Of a stretch of DNA of 41,630 nt, positions 37,996-41,630 are shown piece after piece (position 1 is the first letter of the stretch; every line of letters begins with the position of its first letter). The notes beneath the pieces are model-generated. The model searched no databases and was not told where the DNA came from. It saw only the letters and a program-made list of their open reading frames with translations. Origin of the DNA: a virus. Where the stretch lies: IMG/VR virus record IMGVR_UViG_3300033172_000005. One strand, written 5' to 3'. Made by a program: the position numbers and the translations under genes.

Positions 37996-38466
37996 TCATC
38001 TCAGCTGTACGACCTCCATCACCCCCGCAGCCCGCCAACAATGCCGCCGAACGTCCCAGCGCATCACCGGACGCCGGCGCACTACGCCCGGCATCCCCGA
38101 CCCGTCGTCGTAGCGCGCTTCGTGCCGGTGGGTGCGCGGCGGCATCCGTGTGTCCTCCGCGCCAGGGCTCCCAATGCCCGCAGCCAGCGCCTTGGTCACG
38201 CGCTTGCCCGTCCCGCGCGGCGCCACAGGCCGGCCCGTCATCGCCCGGCACAGCGCAGCCCATCCCTGCCCCGTCGCCGGATACCCATACGCCCGGCACA
38301 ACGCCCGATACGTCACCCAGCCTCTGGGCCGCTCCCGATAGTACATCGTCGTCGTCGGGGCCCACTGGCCCGCCTCGCCGACCAGGCCATACGCCTCATC
38401 CGCAATGCGCACCAGCGTCCGCGCCAGCGCGCCCGGCTCAGGAACCATCGTACCCGTCCCGGTCAA
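37996..38466 (-). CDS. Hypothetical protein.
   Basis: The N-terminal half is well composed (WVTYRALCRAYGYPATGQGWAALCRAM). The C-terminal half is Arg-rich. The start is TTG 38466 or ATG 38448. Confidence 0.45.
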   Translation of the reverse strand: MTGTGTMVPEPGALARTLVRIADEAYGLVGEAGQWAPTTTMYYRERPRGWVTYRALCRAYGYPATGQGWAALCRAMTGRPVAPRGTGKRVTKALAAGIGSPGAEDTRMPPRTHRHEARYDDGSGMPGVVRRRPVMRWDVRRHCWRAAGVMEVVQLR

Positions 38467-38502
38467 TCGCCTCGATCAACAGGCTCATGTCGCTCTCCTC
38501 CC

Positions 38503-38823
38503 TCAATTCAGATGAAACCGCATCGTCGTTTCCGGCTGGGGCTCCTTGCGCTCCAGCGCCTCCTGCAACAGCGCATTCGCGCGTAACAGGGCCTCCTCGC
38601 GCCGCAAGCTGGCGGCCCAGCGCCGGCGCAGATCCTCGCTCCGCTGCGTCTCTACATACCAGCCCGCCGCACACGCCAACGTCGCCATCGTCAAGACCAT
38701 GCACAGCGCCGTCAGCCACGCCGCCGCCGTCAGTTCGGCCCGCACCGCAATCGCCCCGAAGCCCGCCAGGCCCAGCATGACCAGCAGCCCGTCCGCCGCA
38801 ACATCGCCCGCTCGCAAATTCAT
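38503..38823 (-). CDS. Membrane protein (two transmembrane helices plus a coiled-coil tail).
   Basis: GLLVMLGLAGFGAIAV and AAWLTALCMVLTMATLACAAGWYV are hydrophobic helices. ATG start. Confidence 0.6.
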   Translation of the reverse strand: MNLRAGDVAADGLLVMLGLAGFGAIAVRAELTAAAWLTALCMVLTMATLACAAGWYVETQRSEDLRRRWAASLRREEALLRANALLQEALERKEPQPETTMRFHLN

Positions 38824-38906
38824 CGCTCCGCCCCTCCCGCGCAGATCGCCAGGAAAAACAACGCCGCCAACACAGTCACAATCACAGCGCCCGCCAAGCA
38901 GCCCAT
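38820..38906 (-). CDS. Micro membrane peptide (28 aa), not in the ORF track.
   Basis: MGCLAGAVIVTVLAALFFLAICAGGAER. A GAGGAGGAG SD lies 5 nt upstream. ATGA overlap with the next gene. Confidence 0.45.
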   Translation of the reverse strand: MGCLAGAVIVTVLAALFFLAICAGGAER

Positions 38907-38907
38907 C

Positions 38908-39144
38908 TCACTCCTCCTCGCACGCCGACTCGCTGTACTCGCCGTGCCGCGCGTCCTTCGCCAGCCGCTCAATCTCCGCCAGGTCGTCGCGCAGCCGCGC
39001 CAGCAGCAGCATCATCGCCGGGTCTAAATTGCGCTCCGCCCGGCCCATCGCCCTGTCCCATCGCCCGCGCGCCGCGCGCACCCGCGCCGTAATGTCCTCC
39101 AGCGCCCAGATCGTTTTATTCGCCAGCCGAGTCGGTCTGCCCAC
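38908..39144 (-). CDS. Small hypothetical protein (78 aa).
   Basis: GTG start behind a GGGAGG SD. Helical, charged sequence. Confidence 0.5.
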   Translation of the reverse strand: MGRPTRLANKTIWALEDITARVRAARGRWDRAMGRAERNLDPAMMLLLARLRDDLAEIERLAKDARHGEYSESACEEE

Positions 39145-39439
39145 AGCCGGCCTCCCTCGTCTCCGCCATCATCTCGTTGTGATAGAGGTACGCATCGCGC
39201 AAACCGCGGAACACCACGCCCAGCGACGACAACGCGATGACCGCCGCCATGTGCCACCACGCCACGCGGCCCGCCTCGTCGATCAGCAGCAGCAGGATCA
39301 ACAGGTCGCCGCCCACGCCGGCCGCCACGCTCAGCCACGTCATGCGCTCGGCAATCCAGCGGCCCAGCGGCACGAACTCGATGGCGACGGCCACGCAAAC
39401 GCCCCAAACGAGCGCCAAAAGCAGTGCAAATGCCAACAT
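39116..39439 (-). CDS. Membrane protein (three predicted transmembrane helices).
   Basis: MLAFALLLALVWGVCVAVAIEFV..., LSVAAGVGGDLLILLLLI, WWHMAAVIALSSLGVVF. An AGGAGGAG SD is present. Confidence 0.65.
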   Translation of the reverse strand: MLAFALLLALVWGVCVAVAIEFVPLGRWIAERMTWLSVAAGVGGDLLILLLLIDEAGRVAWWHMAAVIALSSLGVVFRGLRDAYLYHNEMMAETREAGCGQTDSAGE

Positions 39440-39466
39440 CCCGATCTCCTCCTGCTATCCTGAAAA

Positions 39467-40423
39467 TCATGAAGAACCCAACGCCGCCCAAACCGCCTCG
39501 CCCTGCTCGCTCGCCGGGTCATCCAACGAGCGCACATAGATGTCCGTCGTCTGCAGGCTGCCGTGATGCAGCATCGCCCGCAGCCCATCCAGGTCGTGCG
39601 TCTGCCGGTAGTAGAGATGCGCAAACGTGTGGCGCAGATCGTGCAGCCGGTACAGCTCCCACCGCTCCACGCCCGCAGCCCGCAGCGACTGGCGAAAAAT
39701 GCGCCGCGCGTTGCTCTCCGAGATATGCGCCCGTCGACGTTTCAGCCCTCCGGGCGCGCCCAGCAGGTTGCCCGTCCCGTGGTCCTGCAATGGCGCAAAT
39801 ACGAAATCGCCGTTCGGCGCCAGCGCCCGATAATGCTCCAGCGCCTCCCATGCCCGCGCCGGCAGCGGAACCCAGCCGCTTTTGCCGCCTTTGCCCTGCC
39901 ACGCCCACATCCACCGCCCCGGCTCGCTGCGATGCGGCCGCAGCGCCGCCCAGCTCATGCGCACCACCTCGGCCGCACGCGCCCCGGTCAGAAAATAGAC
40001 CAGCAGCAGCGCCTGATTGCGCGCCCCGCGCTGCGAACCCGCCCGGCTCGCCAGATAATCGAACAGCAGCCGCAGATCCGCATCGGGCAACACGTTGGCG
40101 TGGCCGTAGGGCTGCACCCGCTGCCGGCGCACCTGCAACAGCGGATTCTCCGCCGGCCCCAGCGCCGCAGACTGCCGCATCGCGAACTCGCACAGCGAAG
40201 ACGCCGCCGCCAGCCGGCAATTCACCGACGCCGCCGCCAGCCCCTTCGCCCGCAGCGCCCGCTGCCAACTGCGCGCCTCCGCGCCCGACGCCTCGCCCGG
40301 CGATACGCCCGCCTGCTCCAGATGCGCCAGCCATTCCGCCGACGCACGCGCATAGGCGCGGCGCGTGTGTTCGCTCGCCGTCGCCTGCAGCCACTGGTCG
40401 CGCAGCCGCAGCCACGCGCTCAT
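39467..40423 (-). CDS. Second tyrosine recombinase (XerC/D-like, 318 aa).
   Basis: LVYFLTGARAAEV (Arg I), LHDLRHTFAHLYY (HxxR) and LHHGSLQTTDIYV (catalytic Tyr). The ATG at 40423 overlaps the stop of the upstream endonuclease gene (ATGA). Confidence 0.85.
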   Translation of the reverse strand: MSAWLRLRDQWLQATASEHTRRAYARASAEWLAHLEQAGVSPGEASGAEARSWQRALRAKGLAAASVNCRLAAASSLCEFAMRQSAALGPAENPLLQVRRQRVQPYGHANVLPDADLRLLFDYLASRAGSQRGARNQALLLVYFLTGARAAEVVRMSWAALRPHRSEPGRWMWAWQGKGGKSGWVPLPARAWEALEHYRALAPNGDFVFAPLQDHGTGNLLGAPGGLKRRRAHISESNARRIFRQSLRAAGVERWELYRLHDLRHTFAHLYYRQTHDLDGLRAMLHHGSLQTTDIYVRSLDDPASEQGEAVWAALGSS

Positions 40424-41223
40424 ACCTCGTGCGTCCGCCACGTCTGCTCCCGCGTCTCGGCTTGAGAATACGACAAAGGCAAATGACGCCATGTCTTACC
40501 ACGAACAATTGCGGAGATTGCGCCCTGCGAGACGTTAAATTGCTGGCCCAATGCGTATGTAGAATGCCCTGCTGAGGCATACAAGCGGCGGATGTCCATC
40601 ACCTGTTCTGCGGTCAGCTTTGCAGAACCGTTCATTTCACCGGCAGTCGTCCCTTTTGGTCGCTCATAATCTCGAGGCAATAAATGCTTCCAGACTCTTC
40701 CTGCAAGAATGGCGTCAATCGTGCAGTAACTCACTCCATACTCGTCTGCAAGGGCTTGCCTGCGTTCGCCTGCCTGTGTCCTCCGATGGATGTCCTCAAC
40801 ATTCTCCCGGCTCAGCACGGCGAAATGATGGGCTTCTCCATGGACGAGCCGTCCCTTGTCTCTGGCATGGTGAGAATTCTCCTCTGCCGTCACCCATTCC
40901 AGATTCTCTGCTCTGTTGTCCGATCTGATGCTGTTCTTATGATTGATCTGATGCTTGGCGGATGGGCGCTTGCCGAGGAATGCCGGTGCAACAATACGAT
41001 GAACGGCCTCCGATTTTCGCTTTCCGATACTGGTCGCATTGAGCGACACATACGCGTAACCGTCGATATATGCCGGCGTCAACACCTTGGCCGGTACGCC
41101 GCGCTCCCGGTTATCGTCGCACCTCACGCGCCGATATACGGAGCGCACCTGTCCACGATTGGACACTTCGTAGAATCCTTCGTAACCGACGACCGGCAGC
41201 CACACTTCCCTAGTTGTTCTCAT
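40420..41223 (-). CDS. NUMOD4/HNH_3-type homing endonuclease with C-terminal HTH repeats.
   Basis: WLPVVGYEGFYEVSNRGQVRS is NUMOD4-like. HRIVAPAFLG...INHKNSIRSDNRAENLEWVT is HNH_3-like. Two similar HTH segments follow (YGVSYCTIDAILAGRVWKHL and FNVSQGAISAIVRGKTWRHL). Lower GC by eye. Confidence 0.8.
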   Translation of the reverse strand: MRTTREVWLPVVGYEGFYEVSNRGQVRSVYRRVRCDDNRERGVPAKVLTPAYIDGYAYVSLNATSIGKRKSEAVHRIVAPAFLGKRPSAKHQINHKNSIRSDNRAENLEWVTAEENSHHARDKGRLVHGEAHHFAVLSRENVEDIHRRTQAGERRQALADEYGVSYCTIDAILAGRVWKHLLPRDYERPKGTTAGEMNGSAKLTAEQVMDIRRLYASAGHSTYALGQQFNVSQGAISAIVRGKTWRHLPLSYSQAETREQTWRTHEV

Positions 41224-41560
41224 AGTGTTGCTCCCGCGTCTCAAAAAAGTTTTCGAGTTCCGGCTCTTGTTGCATTAACAATCGTGAATAAAAAGCTCGA
41301 TACGAATTATCGAGCTTGAAATCGCTAGTGGGATCGCTGGTTTGCATTGCATGCTGCCAGCGTAATGTCTCGAAGAGGCCGTTGATGCTGTAGCGCATTC
41401 TGCCCCGCCGGCGTATGGCGAGCGCCATATCGCGAAGTCGGGCATATACTGCGGGGTTCGATTTATGAAACGCCTCGAAGCGTTCGGCAATCGTCATGTC
41501 ACGTCCATAGGTGGGCGTGATGACAATCCAGTCATCGAAAAGCGTAGGCTGCTGAATCAT
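41210..41560 (-). CDS. Hypothetical conserved-looking phage protein (116 aa). Second gene of the leftward early unit across the circular junction.
   Basis: ATG at 41560 (equivalent to position 57) behind a GAGG SD. MIQQPTLFDDW...NSYRAFYSRLLMQQEPELENFFETRE. Confidence 0.65.
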   Translation of the reverse strand: MIQQPTLFDDWIVITPTYGRDMTIAERFEAFHKSNPAVYARLRDMALAIRRRGRMRYSINGLFETLRWQHAMQTSDPTSDFKLDNSYRAFYSRLLMQQEPELENFFETREQHYENN

Positions 41561-41630
41561 GACATACCTCGTTTGTGCAGAGGGGCGAAGGCCGGCTTTG
41601 GGACCGGCCCCCGCCTCAGGAGGAGGGAAC
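41504..41630. repeat. Terminal direct repeat copy 2 (identical to 1..127).
   Basis: Exact identity to the first 127 bases, read directly from the sequence. Confidence 0.9.

Overview
This window is a complete, circularly assembled genome of about 41.5 kb from a temperate, high-GC, HK97-like siphovirus. Bases 1..127 are identical to 41504..41630, so the unique length is 41503 bp. Nearly all genes are on the minus strand. There is an immunity switch with a divergent RHH (Cro-like) gene and an XRE (CI-like) gene. Next to it lie a tyrosine integrase and an attP-like region holding the 3' end of a tRNA. The long leftward early unit carries a second tyrosine recombinase, a replication initiator with an internal ori, three HNH endonucleases, terS and terL. 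The head-to-tail structural operon runs from portal through protease, HK97-type capsid, connectors, major tail, G/GT chaperones with a -1 frameshift, tape measure and tail fibres.

Four things break canonical synteny:
1. terL and portal are 6.7 kb apart. The gap holds a low-GC ParB/HNH mosaic, a glycosylation cassette (GT4, hexapeptide acyltransferase, GT2, micro membrane ORFs) and an opposite-strand three-gene cassette with its own promoter.
2. The portal operon starts with a near-consensus promoter followed at once by a strong intrinsic terminator, a lambda PR'-tR'-like antitermination layout.
3. A 3.4 kb lysis module sits inside the head-tail joining genes. It encodes a two-domain endolysin, a holin, a secreted S8 subtilisin-like protease and a small HExxH protein.
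4. terS and terL are split by five genes, one of which carries an Ala/Trp/Gln repeat array encoded by 9-bp repeats.

All functional calls come from motif reading by eye. No database search was run. Long plus-strand ORFs antisense to structural genes are treated as GC-driven artefacts.
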